A model generated the notes under the pieces. It ran no database searches. It was not told the DNA's origin and saw only the letters and a program-made list of their open reading frames with translations. This document shows positions 24,936 through 39,258 of a DNA stretch of 64,000 bases, piece after piece. Source of the DNA: Eledone cirrhosa (Eukaryota); NCBI GenBank assembly GCA_964016885.1, contig OZ024755.1, positions 18,724,001 through 18,788,000 of the forward strand, written 5' to 3'. Numbering within the stretch: the stretch's first letter is position 1; every line of letters starts with the position of its first letter. Both the position numbers and the translations under genes were made by a program.

Positions 24936-25306
24936 AGATTGAATGGCAACAAACACTCCCAGAAGATTGAACAGCAATGAACACTCCCAGAAGATTGAAC
25001 AGCAATGAACACTCCCTTCATTCCCAGAAGATTGAACAGCAATGAACACTCCCAGAAGATTGAACAGCAATGAACACTCCCAGAAGATTGAACAGCAATG
25101 AACACTCCCAGAAGATTGAACAGCAATGAACACTCTCAGAAGATTGAACAGCAATGAACACTCTCAGAAGATTGAACAGCAATGAACACTCCCAGAAGAT
25201 TGAACAGCAATGAACACTCCCAGAAGATTGAACAGCAAAGAACACTCCCAGAAGATTGAACAGCAATGAACACTCCCAGAAGATTGAACAGCAATGAACA
25301 CTCCCA
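24936..25306. repeat. 28-bp minisatellite, about 13 copies
   Basis: GATTGAACAGCAATGAACACTCCCAGAA. Confidence 0.95.
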
Positions 25307-25459
25307 CATTGGCTCATATATCATAGTTTCTGAAATACACTAAATCTTGCCAGTGATACTGGAGTCAGAGTAAATATATATTACTGATGAAAGGACAGTA
25401 TTTATGTCTTCTCTGGGATATTTATCAATCTATCCACAAGAATGGAGAAGTAGAATCCC

Positions 25460-25500
<41 letters not shown>

Positions 25501-26774
25501 CACACAAATATACAGAGAAAACAAACTATATGGGTTTAATACAGGAAGTGTTTATAACGGATGTAACTAGAGATTGGTTATTAAGGGAACCAATGATTTC
25601 TTTGGGGTCCCTATGACTAACTAGATTTAAGAGTTTTATTGTTACTATCACTGTAATGAAGAAATATAAAAATCATCATCATCTTCATCATCGTTTAACA
25701 TCATTTTCTATGCTTAAAGTAAAATAAATATCAAGACCCAATTTTTCTTCAATCCCTTTTTTTCATTTTCTCCAGAAATAACTACATCCTCATCACTCTG
25801 CCCATTCCACATGCCCTACCCTGGTTATTTATGATAATTATTTAAAAACTATCCCCCATCCTCCCACCAAACGAGGTCAATTTTAAGAAGGAATATACAG
25901 CTGAGGCAGTGGTGGTGGTGATACTAATGATGGTGGTGATGATGATGCACAAGACTAACAATTTGAAGGGAAGAGGAAAGACAATTAAATCAACCCCAGT
26001 GTGTTACTGGTACTTTATTTTATCGAGCCTGCAATGATGAAAGGCAAAGCTAACCTCTGTGGTATTTGAACTCAGAATGTGAAGGGCCGTCACTCTATGC
26101 CACAAAGTATGTTGTCTGACGCTCTACTGATAAGATTTAAGCACCTTTCTAATAATGTTGAATCTTTGTGAAAATTTGCATTATTAGACTTTAATGTTTT
26201 ATGTCATGCAGTCATAGTCACTGTTTTATACTTTTCAAGAATGGCTTGCCAATGTGGTCTCATGTGGTACAGGATGTTAGGAGGTAATAAGTCACTGAAA
26301 ATTTTATCTTTAAAAAATGTGTTGTTAATGTGTAAAGTGTGAGCAACTTTGAGTTAGAAGCTCCTTTCGCTGGCTTGTGGGAATAGAGAGAGAGAAGAAG
26401 AAGCTAAACCTCACTTCAATTTACCTTTCCAAATACAGGTAATGCATTTCTAAGGTATCCTAACCAACAAACAAGGTCCCTGAACTGTCTAACTACTAGC
26501 ATATTCTGTTTCACTTTCGCATAATTAATTGCAGCAGTTTTACTGCTTCCCCTTTCAATTAATAGCCCCAGTAAATGAAAAAGCATTTGCTTTCAATAAC
26601 AAATAACAGAGATTTTGAATGTTATATGAGAAATGTTATATGTTTCAATGTTATATGAGAAAGAATATTTTATTTCTGTTTCTGGTCCTGAAAATTTTTA
26701 AACAGAATAAATAGGCTGCACTTAAAAGAAGTTTGCTACCAAATGTATGATACCGTTGGTGTTCAGCTCTGATG

Positions 26775-27342
26775 AAATAAATCTCAGATCAGCCGTGATT
26801 AAATAAACCTCAGATCAGTCCTGATTACAAAAACCTCAGGTCAGCCATGATTACAAAAACATCAGGTCAGCCATGATTACAAAAACCTCAGGTCAGCCAT
26901 GATTACATAAACCTCAGGTCAGCCATGATTACATAAACCTCAAGCAAGCCCTGATTAAATAAACCTCAGGTCAGCCCTGATTAAATAAACCTCAGGTCAG
27001 CCCTGATTAAATAAACCTCAGGTCAGCCCTGATTAAATAAACCTCAGGTCAGCCCTGATTAAATAAACCTCAGGTCAGTCCTGATTACATAAACCTCAGA
27101 TCAGTCCTGATTACATAAACCTCAGATCAGTCCTGATTACATAAACCTCAGATCAGCCCTGATTACATAAACCTCAGATCAGTCCTGATTACATAAACCT
27201 CAGATCAGTCCTGATTACATAAACCTCAGATCAGCCCTGATTACATAAACCTCAGATCAGCCCTGATTACATAAACCTCAGGTCAGTCCGGATTAAATAA
27301 ACCTCAGGTCAGCTCTAATTAAATAAATCTCTGGCCAGCCTT
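26775..27342. repeat. 26-bp minisatellite, about 21 copies
   Basis: TTAAATAAACCTCAGGTCAGCCCTGA variants. Confidence 0.9.
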
Positions 27343-29310
27343 AATTAGTCTTATTTATTATTGTACATATCGATGGTTTAAAAAGTTTGAGTATCCTTGG
27401 TATAGTGACTACCACATTGACTCAAGATTCCTTTAATAGAAAATTAATGATCCCTATTTAGATATTTACAGTAATATACACAAACACAGATATGCTAGGC
27501 TTCCACAGCTCCTGTTTATCAAATTTCAAACGCAAGACATATATCAACCGAAGACTATGGTAGAAAGCACCCAAGTGCTACATAGTGAGATCAAGGCCAG
27601 AACCACATGGTTGTAAAACAAACTTCTTAACTATTAAGTCATGTCTATACCACATGTTTAAATATCTTGAATTAGAGACACGAGTGTGTTAAACATTTGT
27701 TTAAGTGACTGTAAATGACTATGCTACCCATTCACATAAAATAAAATATTTTCACAATTGTTTTCTGCTGTAGTATTTCATTTTCATAATAACATAACAC
27801 AAGTATAATACTATTATCTGTAACAAGTTTTTCAGACCAACTGAGTGTAGAAAGATAAGAGATAGGGCATGGTAGTTAGAGAATACTGAAAAACCATATT
27901 CACATTATAAGATCTTTTGGGAGATGTCTAGTAGAGACATTCAATAAATTATATAAATGTTGTAAATCTCCAATTGTGTATAGACAAGAGCACCAATGTA
28001 TTAAGCATGTATTTATTTATGTGTTTTATTATCTATAAAACCAGTAATTAACTTTTGTATTCTTATTCCTTATTCTAGATATGTATTTATACTAAAAGAA
28101 ATAGTATGCACACACATGCACACATGCAGAAACACTGACAAGACAAATCTATTAATGGTTTGCTTTTATGCACAGTGGCAAATCTATGTCGTGCTTATTT
28201 GTGAAAGGCTGACAAGTTGAAAAGTTGAACATATGCTATTTAAATAGCAGTATAGCTGTCTAGAAAAGTATTTAAATAAAGTTTATGTATTTTATGTAGA
28301 CAAAAGTATGGAACATATTAAATTAAAAACAGTTTTATCAACCCTTTCACTTTAGTTATTATATTTCCAATGAAAGATGTTGCTCCTTATTGTCAAATAG
28401 AGTTTCAATGTTAAATAAAAGGTGGAGCTTATCCCTCGCCAAGTTAGAGCCTCAAATAGAAGGATTAAGCTGAGAAGAACAAGTTAATGAAACAATTATT
28501 CAGTACGTTGTCATAGTAATTCTTCATACAGCACTAGATTAACCATTAAGTAAGATAAGAATATACTTTTCACCTTAGTTAAAAGAGGGGACCAATAGAC
28601 TATGCTGTCAGTACAGTATATTGGAGTTTGTTCCATATACGGTGCATAAAAGTATTATAGGCTTTTCACTTCTTAGGGGCTTCTAAAGTTTTTCATCTGG
28701 CTCTGTATTCATGGATAAGGAAACTAAGTTATTAAAGGTAAAGAGACCTAGGGGTAGACCATGAGCAAAATGGTTGGATAACACCCATGAGCTCAGCTGG
28801 TCTCACTTGGGGATCCAGCCAGATAAACTTGAGTCAGTTGCTTCAGACAGGACTCACTGGAAGGCATACTTGATGAATAAGTGGTCAAAGAAAAAGAGAT
28901 ATATGACCAAGTTAATATTTCACTGACGTTATGATTCAGCTAGCTATGGCATACTATGGCAGTAATGTAAATAAATATCTATGAAAATCTAGTGTGAGAG
29001 AAAGTAGTGTTAAGAAGACTCCCAATTTACTGCATGGAATAGAAAAACAACATAACAACATAATAATGTTGTTGTCATTGTTGTTCAGATCAAAGTCAGT
29101 TCTGACAGAACAGACAGACAAATGATCAAAGGAATTCCAGACAAGGTCATCCTGTCTTTTTGTATATGTAAAACTATATTGGAATAGAAGAAGACTTGAG
29201 CCAAGGTAAACCAAGTAATCAAATAGAGGCTCTTTCTTCAACTTGAACAGCAGAATACAGGCTGTTTCAAAAAATTAAATATTATTTGAGATGTAAATAT
29301 CCCAGAATCT

Positions 29311-29786
29311 ACCATATATATTGTGAGTTGGAGGTGATAAAAATAGCATATATATTGTGAGTTGGAGGTAATAAAAATAGCATATATATTGTGAGTTGGA
29401 GGTGATAAAAATAGCATATATATTGTGAGTTGGAGGTGATAAAAATAGCATATATATTGTGAGTTGGAGGTGATAAAAATAGCATATATATTGTGAGTTG
29501 GAGGTGATAAAAATAGAATATATATTGTGAGTTGGAGGTGATAAAAATAGCATATATATTGTGAGTTGGAGGTGATAAAAATAGCATATATATTGTGAGT
29601 TGGAGGTGATAAAAATAGCATATATATTGTGAGTTGGAGGTGATAAAAATACCATATATATTGTGAGTTAGAGGTGATAAAAATACCATATATATTGTGA
29701 GTTGGAGGTGATAAAAATACCATATATATTGTGAGTTGGAGGTGATAAAAATACCATATATATTGTGAGTTAGAGGTGATAAAAAT
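29311..29786. repeat. 34-bp minisatellite, about 14 copies
   Basis: CATATATATTGTGAGTTGGAGGTGATAAAAATAG. Confidence 0.95.
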
Positions 29787-31843
29787 CCAAACCTGAGTTG
29801 TTAATGAGGAAAGATATATTTATTAAAAACATAATTAGACCCCCCCCCCCCGTAGGTAAATGTAATTGCGAGTTTTATATCAAATAATAATTGTTTCTAT
29901 ATTTGGCACGAGGCCAGCAATTATCCCAGTGCATTACTGTACCGATACTTCATTTTATCAACCCCGTAAGGATGAAAGGCCAAGTTAACCTCGATGGGAG
30001 GGATTTGAACTCAGACCGTAAAGGGCCGTAATTCTATGCTGAAAAGCATGGTGTCTGACTCTCTACCGATACTGGCAATCCACCGCCCTTTGCCAATCCA
30101 ATAATAATGCTATAATATAAAATCTCAAGAAATTTTTATTGATTTAGGAATGTTTTAACATCATCCTTGTCATTGAAGCTGTCATCATCTTTTTATGTCA
30201 AGTATTTTCCATAATTCTACAAATGGATGTTCTTCACTTGCTTCTTTTTAAAAGTAAGGTTGGGATCTTTGCATTTTAACCTGTTGAGCCACAACACTGC
30301 AGGACATACACAAACATCCCTGCCAGCGATGTCAAATGCAAAGAGAAGCAACAAATGAGCTGTGTGACTTCTGCTTAAGTGAGACATAAACAAATATCCA
30401 TGCCGATCATGTCGAATGCAAAGAGAAATGATTAATGAGCTGTGTGACATCAGCTTATGTGAGATATAAACAAATATCACCGCCAGTGGTGTCAAATGTG
30501 AAGTAAAATGACAGAGAAAAAAAAACAAGCTACATGCAGGACTTGTATTTATGTGGGACATTAATAAACATCTCTGCCAGTGATGTCAAATTCAAAAAGA
30601 GAATAGACAGATTACTTAAATTTAAAAAGAAATCTTGCATTCCTAGCATTGAGTTAACTCTTAATGTTCTCTTGTTTTTGATACATAACTTCCTGTAGCT
30701 TTGAAATCTGAAGGAAGTGATTTTAAGTGTAAAACAGAATCTAATCCGTAAAAGTGAGAACACCTTAACACTCCCAAGTACTGCATGTTATTGTCACTAT
30801 ACCTTCCATTGCACTTATTAGCATTAAAACACTTCAACAAAATGTTTATCTCAGTTTGACTTTAACCAATGGCTAACCTAAGCTGGTCCCTTTAGAGATA
30901 ATATATTTGCCATGCTTCCTGTTTCAGAACAAATAAAGGCCAGATGTAATGTTCATTTAAATCTTTAAATCTATTAGGTTACATAGAATGTTCTAAGAAA
31001 GAAATATCAAGATCAACCATTAATATTGCTATGGTATCGAGAGAAAACTTTGCCCTGTGGATTTTATCATTAAGAAAAATGATGAAGTGGTGGAAATATA
31101 TTTTAAAAAGAAAAAAAATTCCTTGTTTACATAAATCAACTGTAAATGAAGCCAAGAAGAGAGTTGAATGAAAAATGGAGAATGGAGATTACTAAACCAA
31201 CTTGTGTTAACCAGACCAACATAGAAAACAGATGTTATAATAACAACAATGGGACCAGAAATGCTTGTTGTTAAAATTCTCTCTCCCTTATATATATATA
31301 ATATATACATACACACACACACACACATATACATACATACAACCTAGTGATAATCACAATAACCAATATATATATATATATGAGTATGTACTTATGTGTA
31401 TAAGTGTATATTGTATGTCTATGTGTGTGCATACACACACAATATATATACACACACATATACATAGCAATTTTGCACACATTCATTGAGACTTGGAAGT
31501 ACATTCATCTAAAACAATGTGTTATAGAAATAAATGTAGACATATGTCAACAATAAGCTATATACTCAAGTGTAAATACTTTTATTATTATCATTATTGC
31601 TGGCCTTGTGCCTAAAGTAGAAACAATTATTATTATTATTATCATCATCATATTCCTCATTGGTGTATAGCCATGTTTTTATCCCCGTTAAGTGCAGCAG
31701 CTAATCTTCTTTTCTTTCTCAATCATTTCAGCAAACACACTTGTATATAGTCTTTATTCTCATCTTTTTAACTTTATTTGCTCTCTAATAAATGAAGTCT
31801 ATTTTGTGCTATTTCCACAATTACCAATCTATGTACACTTTAA

Positions 31844-32065
31844 CCCTTTAGCATTTAAACCAGCCATATCCGGCCAGAATTCTCTCACCTCTTTCTGTTC
31901 AAACCGGTCGTAATCAGCTGCTCATACTGACGTTAAGGTATTGTTCTCAAAATAAATAATATTCAAAATCTCATAGATTTGATATTATGTGAGATAATGA
32001 TGTGAAGTAAAGCCTTTATCATGAAAATACAACAGTAAATATAGAGTAATGTAAATGCTAAAGGG
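31844..32065. mobile_element. MITE family C
   Basis: TTAA-CCCTTTAGCATTTA...TAAATGCTAAAGGG-TTAA. Confidence 0.85.
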
Positions 32066-32244
32066 TTAATATTAATATTGACTATTTAAGATCTTAATCT
32101 TAGCAAAGGTGTACTTTAGAGAAGAGATAAAGCTAAAATTATACAAATAAACACTGAAGCATAGCAAAGGGGTTGCAAGGAGGAGCAATCATCCCTGCGC
32201 ACATGTATAAAGGGGTACAAAATTTCCTCCAACACAGTGGAGTA

Positions 32245-34725
32245 CTAATAGTTTGACCTGTTGTTTCTGAGATGAGAGATATGGCGAAGCCAGGTGTCCA
32301 CTCTGTCGCTCTAATAGTTGACCTGTTGTCTCTGAGATGAGAGATATGGCCAAGCCAGGTGTCCACTCTGTCATTCTAATAGTTGACCTGTTGTCTCTGA
32401 GATGAGAGATATGGCCAAGCCAGGTGTCCACTCTGTCGCTCTAATAGTTGACCTGCTGTCTCTGAGATGAGAGATATGGTGAAGCCAGGTATCCACTCTG
32501 TCACTCTAATAGTTGACCTGTTGTTTCTGAGATGAGAGATATGGCCAAGCCAGGTGTCCACTCTGTCGCTCTAATAGTTGACCTGCTGTCTCTGAGATGA
32601 GAGATATGGCGAAGCCAGGTGTCCACTCTGTCGCTCTAATAGTTGACCTGTTGTCTCTGAGATGAGAGATATGGCCAAGCCAGGTGTCCACTCTGTCGCT
32701 CTAATAGTTGACCTGTTGTTTCTGAGATGAGAGATATGGCGAAGCCAGGTGTCCACTCTGTCGCTCTAATAGTTGACCTGTTGTTTCTGAGATGAGAGAT
32801 ATGGCCAAGCCAGGTGTCCACTCTGTCGCTCTAATAGTTGACCTGTTGTTTCTGAGATGAGAGATATGGCCAAGCCAGGTGTCCACTCTGTCGCTCTAAT
32901 AGTTGACCTGTTGTTTCTGAGATGAGAGATATGGCCAAGCCAGGTGTCCACTCTGTCGCTCTAATAGTTCACCTGTTGTTTCTGAGATGAGAGATATGGT
33001 GAAGCCAGGTGTCCACTCTGTCGCTCTAATAGTTCACCTGTTGTTTCTGAGATGAGAGATATGGCCAAGCCAGGTGTCCACTCTGTCGCTCTAATAGTTG
33101 ACCTGCTGTCTCTGAGATGAGAGATATGGCCAAGCCAGGTGTCCACTCTGTCGCTCTAATAGTTGACCTGTTGTTTCTGAGATGAGAGATATGGCGAAGC
33201 CAGGTGTCCACTCTGTCGCTCTAATAGTTGACCTGTTGTTTCTGAGATGAGAGATATGGCAAAGCCAGGTGTCCACTCTGTCGCTCTAATAGTTGACCTG
33301 TTGTTTCTGAGATGAGAGATATGGCCAAGCCAGGTGTCCACTCTGTCGCTCTAATAGTTGACCTGTTGTTTCTGAGATGAGAGATATGGCCAAGCCAGGT
33401 GTCCACTCTGTCGCTCTAATAGTTCACCTGTTGTTTCTGAGATGAGAGATATGGTGAAGCCAGGTGTCCACTCTGTCGCTCTAATAGTTCACCTGTTGTT
33501 TCTGAGATGAGAGATATGGCCAAGCCAGGTGTCCACTCTGTCGCTCTAATAGTTGACCTGCTGTCTCTGAGATGAGAGATATGGCCAAGCCAGGTGTCCA
33601 CTCTGTCGCTCTAATAGTTGACCTGTTGTTTCTGAGATGAGAGATATGGCGAAGCCAGGTGTCCACTCTGTCGCTCTAATAGTTGACCTGTTGTTTCTGA
33701 GATGAGAGATATGGCAAAGCCAGGTGTCCACTCTGTCGCTCTAATAGTTGACCTGTTGTTTCTGAGATGAGAGATATGGCCAAGCCAGGTGTCCACTCTG
33801 TCGCTCTAATAGTTGACCTGTTGTTTCTGAGATGAGAGATATGGCCAAGCCAGGTGTCCACTCTGTCGCTCTAATAGTTGACCTGCTGTCTCTGAGATGA
33901 GAGATATGGCCAAGCCAGGTGTCCACTCTGTCGCTCTAATAGTTGACCTGTTGTTTCTGAGATGAGAGATATGGCGAAGCCAGGTGTCCACTCTGTCGCT
34001 CTAATAGTTGACCTGTTGTTTCTGAGATGAGAGATATGGCAAAGCCAGGTGTCCACTCTGTCGCTCTAATAGTTGACCTGTTGTTTCTGAGATGAGAGAT
34101 ATGGCGAAGCCAGGTGTCCACTCTGTCGCTCTAATAGTTGACCTGTTGTTTCTGAGATGAGAGATATGGCGAAGCCAGGTGTCCACTCTGTCGCTCTAAT
34201 AGTTGACCTGTTGTTTCTGAGATGAGAGATATGGCGAAGCCAGGTGTCCACTCTGTCGCTCTAATAGTTGACCTGTTGTTTCTGAGATGAGAGATATGGT
34301 GAAGCCAGGTGTCCACTCTGTCGCTCTAATAGTTCACCTGTTGTTTCTGAGATGAGAGATATGGCCAAGCCAGGTGTCCACTCTGTCGCTCTAATAGTTG
34401 ACCTGCTGTCTGAGCTGTGGTCTGACCAGGCCAGGTGTCCACTGTGTCACTCTAATAGACCACCTGCTGTCTCTGAGATGAGAGACATCACCAGGCCAGG
34501 TGTCCACTGTGTCACTCTAATAGACCACCTGCTGTCTCTGAGATGAGAGACATCACCAGGCCAGGTGTCCACTCTGTCACTCTAATAGTCCACCTGAGGA
34601 GAGATGTGGCCAGGCCAGGTGTCCACTCTGTCACTCTAATAGTCCACCTGAGGAGAGATGTGGCCAGGTCAGGTGTCCACTCTGTCACTCTAATAGTCCA
34701 CCTGAGGGGAGATGTGGCCAGGCCA
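32245..34725. repeat. 65-bp minisatellite (about 33 copies plus degenerate 54-bp units) derived from an RTE ORF
   Basis: CTAATAGTTGACCTGTTGTTTCTGAGATGAGAGATATGGCCAAGCCAGGTGTCCACTCTGTCGCT. Confidence 0.95.
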
Positions 34726-36724
34726 TCTATATTTGCCCTCCTTGATGGCCTCAGTTATATTCCAAACACCAACTTTATAATGAAAAGATACATTACTAAA
34801 TCCCTCCAAATAATTATTTTCAAAGTTATTTGAAAATCCTCGACAGTGTATTTCATTAGAAATATAGTAAGAGAGGGTTAAGCAACATATAATAGAAATT
34901 TCTTTCAATATATCACCCTCATTATAATATAAATGATAATTGTTTCTACTTTAGGCACAAGGCCAGCAATTACCCAGTGCATTACTGGTACTTTATTTTA
35001 TCGACCCCCCATAAGGATGAAAGGCAAAGTCAACCTCGGCGGGATTTGAACTCAGATCGTAAAGGGACGTAACTCTTTGCTGAAAAGCATAGCGTCCGAC
35101 CCTCTACCAATACTGCCAATCCACCGCCATTAATATAATATAATTATAATATATTTCGTTTCTGAATTTGTTTAGCAAGATTCTTATTGGCAACATGACC
35201 CTCCCAAAAGTATAACAATATAATATATTATAATAATATAATATAAATATATTAATATAATATAATATAAATGATACTGTAACACATTCTGAAGTATTGA
35301 TATGAATATTATGTGACATATTAACTGTAATTTGGTGTTCTATTATTAGAAAATTAGACAGCATTCAGCAATATTGCCAAATATACAGCCCAATCCTCTA
35401 CCACTACCCTATCCTCCCACTCCCACCAACACCACCCTCTCTCTGTAAAGTTGGTACCACAACATCCAGTCCAAATAAATAAGGTCCTGTAGGTGTCACA
35501 ACAAAAACACACAGTCCACACTGTAATGTGGCCGTGTAGGTGTCACGGTAAAAAGTTCCCAGTCCACACTGTAAATGTGGTTGGTGTTAGGAAGGGCATC
35601 CAGCCGTAGAAAACCTGCCAGACAGTCCTATACGAGCGAGACATGGTCACCTGACCAACCTTGCCTCAAGTGGGACAACTCCCGTCTAACCCATGCCAGC
35701 GTGGAAAATGGACGTTAAACGATGATGATGATGATGATGATGATGACACCAATTTCTTGCATAGTCACATGTGCTAACTTTATATGTAGTAAAACAATAC
35801 ACATCCAATTTAAACATGAGTATATATGTGTTTCTTCAAAGTTAACTGTCATATAACATACATACAGACACACATATACATGTATACACAGAGAGACCTA
35901 CATATATACATATGTACATACATACATACATATATGATGGCTGAATCTCGATTTCAAGAATTGCCATAATTTAAACCCCCCCTCCCCTCATATATGGGTG
36001 GAACAAACATGACTTACATTCCTGCATATGCTACAGTGAAAGAGAAAAAAGAATGCCTTTTGCAGTTATGGCCAGCCATGCTTATGTAAGATATGAATGA
36101 CATTGATGCTCCTATTTAATGCTGTAAATGGTTAACATAAGGAAGGGCATCCAGTTGTAGAAACCGATCCAAGAATGGAACATAGGAGCAAGATATAATC
36201 ACATGACTCGTCTGGACCCAGGCATGCGATGATTATGATGATATTTTTTTATGGATGATACAAAACATAAAACTGCTCAATATAACTTGCAGAAAGTTTC
36301 AAGAATCTTTAATATAAGTTAATTTATGTGAGACAAAGAGGGTTTATGTTCCCAAACTACTGTTCAGTCAGTTGACTGCATATGTGAGCAGGTTTGAAGA
36401 TAATAAAGTATACAGATCTTAGTTAACACACTTTCCCAAGTCACCTGCAACAGAACAGCAGTTTGTTCTGACATTGTCATGTAGAAAACATCACAGCACT
36501 TCTAAAAGACAGTTAGAAATCAAGAAACAAAGCAGAGACAACCAGTATCTCTTGAGAAATGTGAAATGCTACATAAGGTGCATGTAATTAAAAATGGATG
36601 AAAGTCATGTCACCTCTGCATCACAAAGAAGCTCAATATCATATGCCATCCTACTGCCATCTTCAAATAAAAAAGAGCAATTCAGGAGTTGCCCAAACAT
36701 GTCTAAATTCATCTTTGAGAATCA

Positions 36725-36912
36725 TAATTGTTTCTACGTTTGGCACAAGGCCAGCAATTACCCAGTGCATTACTGGTACTTTATTTTATCGACCCCCGTA
36801 AGGATGAAAGGCAAAGTTAACCTCGGCGGGATTTGAACTCAGAATGGCAAAGGCCGTAACTCTATGCGTCAAAGCATGGCGTCCGACCCTCTACCGATAC
36901 TGCCAATCCACC
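36725..36912 (-). mobile_element. SINE A with 19-bp TSD
   Basis: CATCTTTGAGAATCATAAT on both sides. Confidence 0.85.
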
Positions 36913-37085
36913 ATCTTTGAGAATCATAATAGGTAACAACAGACAATCACAATGTTTACACTGTATAAAGCTATCTTATTACTTTCAAACCTATTGATGT
37001 TGAGACCAACTGTTGTTCAAATGAAACTACAGTTTGGGAATGTAGCCATTGTTTATCACACACACACACACACATTCATGTGTGT

Positions 37086-37650
37086 CATCATCATCATCAT
37101 CATCATCATCGTTTAACGTCCATGTTCCACGCTTGCATGGGTTTGGACGGGAGTTTTCCCACTTGAGGCAAGAGTGGTTGTCTTGCTCGTATAGGACTGT
37201 CTGGCGGGTTTTCTACGGCTGGATGCCCTTCCTAACACCAACCATGTTTACAGTGTGGACTGGGAGGTTTTTACCGTGTTACCTACACGGCCACATTACA
37301 GCGTGGACTGTGTGTTTTTTTTGTCGTGACACCTACACGACCTCATTTATTTCGGACTGGATGTTGTGGTACCAACATAACTTTACAGAGAAAGGGGTGG
37401 TGTGGATGGGGTGGGGGTAGTGGGACGGGGGTGTATTTTGTTAGAGGTGCCTACTGACTGTAGTTGGTTTTACTTTGTATTTAGGTAAGGCGGGTCTTCT
37501 CTATTACTGTGTAGCGCCAAAGATCTCGGTCCAGTGACATTGTCTTGGAGAGGTATAAGTGTGTGAGGTCGGAATTTATCAGGTCGTCCCAGGTTTTTCT
37601 GGGTCTGCCTACTCCGTGGCTACTGTCTATTTTTATTTCCCTGCACTTTT
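37086..37650 (-). mobile_element. RTE LINE 3' fragment, same family as 44231; others at 5093-5404 (+) and 35385-35746 (+)
   Basis: GRPRKTWDDLINSDL peptide and near-identical 3'UTR. Confidence 0.85.
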
Positions 37651-38083
37651 GTGTGTGTATATATATATATATATGTGTGTACACATTCATCATCAATCTT
37701 ATATTTACCTTCCCATGCTGTCATGGGTTGGATGGGATATTTTCAGACAATGCAATGTTTTACAGCCAGATGCCCTTCCTGATGCCAACCCTCTTAATTG
37801 CCTCGTATGACACACAGAGGATATGATCGTTCTATTCTAAGAACTGAGATACACATGCTATTATATATATATATATATATAGGAACGAGTAGGACCCCGA
37901 CGGCTGAGCTCAAGCCGTTTCGACGGCTAATTCTGGACTAATCCCTAGTCCAGAATTAGCCGAGGAAACGGCTTGAGCTCAGCCGTCGGGGTCCTACTCA
38001 TTCCTATTACCCACTCTACTACACTAAGTATTGAGTACTTTGGTGCGTTATGGTCCACCTGGTTCCTTACCACATTTCCTCAG

Positions 38084-38128
<45 letters not shown>

Positions 38129-38951
38129 TGTGTACATATATATATACAAACAAACACACACATACATACACACATACATATATGCACATAAATATATGTA
38201 TGAGAATAATGAAGGATATGGACAGCGGAAAATTTGCTATAAACACGCCAACTGTAAGAAAGACGATTAGAAGCAGTTTTATAAGATCTATTAATAAAGT
38301 TTCAGGAGATATCACTGCCTGAATCAGTTGTTTTCAACATTATTAATATGTAGTTATTGATTGTTAATCACAATAGCATATACACAGATCTAGTTACAGT
38401 CCATGCATAAAATATTGTTTAAAAGAAGTCTATCTGTCTATATGGAAGAGGAGGGAAATAATAATGTATTCTTCCTCTTTCTTTTCCTTTTTTAATAACA
38501 GATTTATTTCTGTTCTAGGTTCTCACGTGTATTCATTGTGTCCTGTCCTGTACTGCCGGTAATGTAAATTTATCCTTTGATATCAAACTGATGTAGAAAG
38601 TCTCAGTTTTCATGTCCATTTAACATAATTATTGATTGTTAAGATAGATATAAGAGCTCAAATTTGAGGAAATATTGGTAGACTTTATCTGCCATCTGAT
38701 TTAACAACACCAGTACCTCCACTAGGCCCTTGGATGCCTTTAGCAGAGTCCACTCTGTTGCAAGTATTCAGGCCTTGTCTCTGGGTTTCAGAATATTTTC
38801 CTCTCTTCTTCATACTGATCTTGGATAAAGCATCAGAGGTGGTGCCTTTCCCACTCTGACTAAATAGTAAAATACAAACAAGCAACAAAAACAAACACCA
38901 CCACCACAAAAACATTAGATCAAAACCTCTGAACTCACCTGGTACATGTAA

Positions 38952-39258
38952 GACATGAGCCAGGATGATGTGAGGCATGAGCCAGGATGATAAAGACATG
39001 AGCCTGAGTGATAAAAGACATGAGCCAAGGTGATAAAAGACATGAGCCAAGGTGATAAAAGACATGAGCCAAGGTGATAAAAGACATGAGCCAAGGTGAT
39101 AAAAGACATGAGCCTGGGTGATAAAAGACATGAGCCTGGGTGATAAAAGACATGAGCCTGGGTGATAAAAGACATGAGCCTGGGTGATAAAAGACATGAG
39201 CCTGGGTGATAAAAGACATGAGCTTGGGTGAGAAAAGATGTGAGCCAGGATAATAAAA
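38952..39258. repeat. 22-bp minisatellite, about 13 copies
   Basis: GACATGAGCCTGGGTGATAAAA. Confidence 0.9.

Noticed and set aside
32376-34316. Many 61-aa ORFs
   Set aside because: Artefact of a 65-bp unit cycling through frames; derived from a LINE fragment
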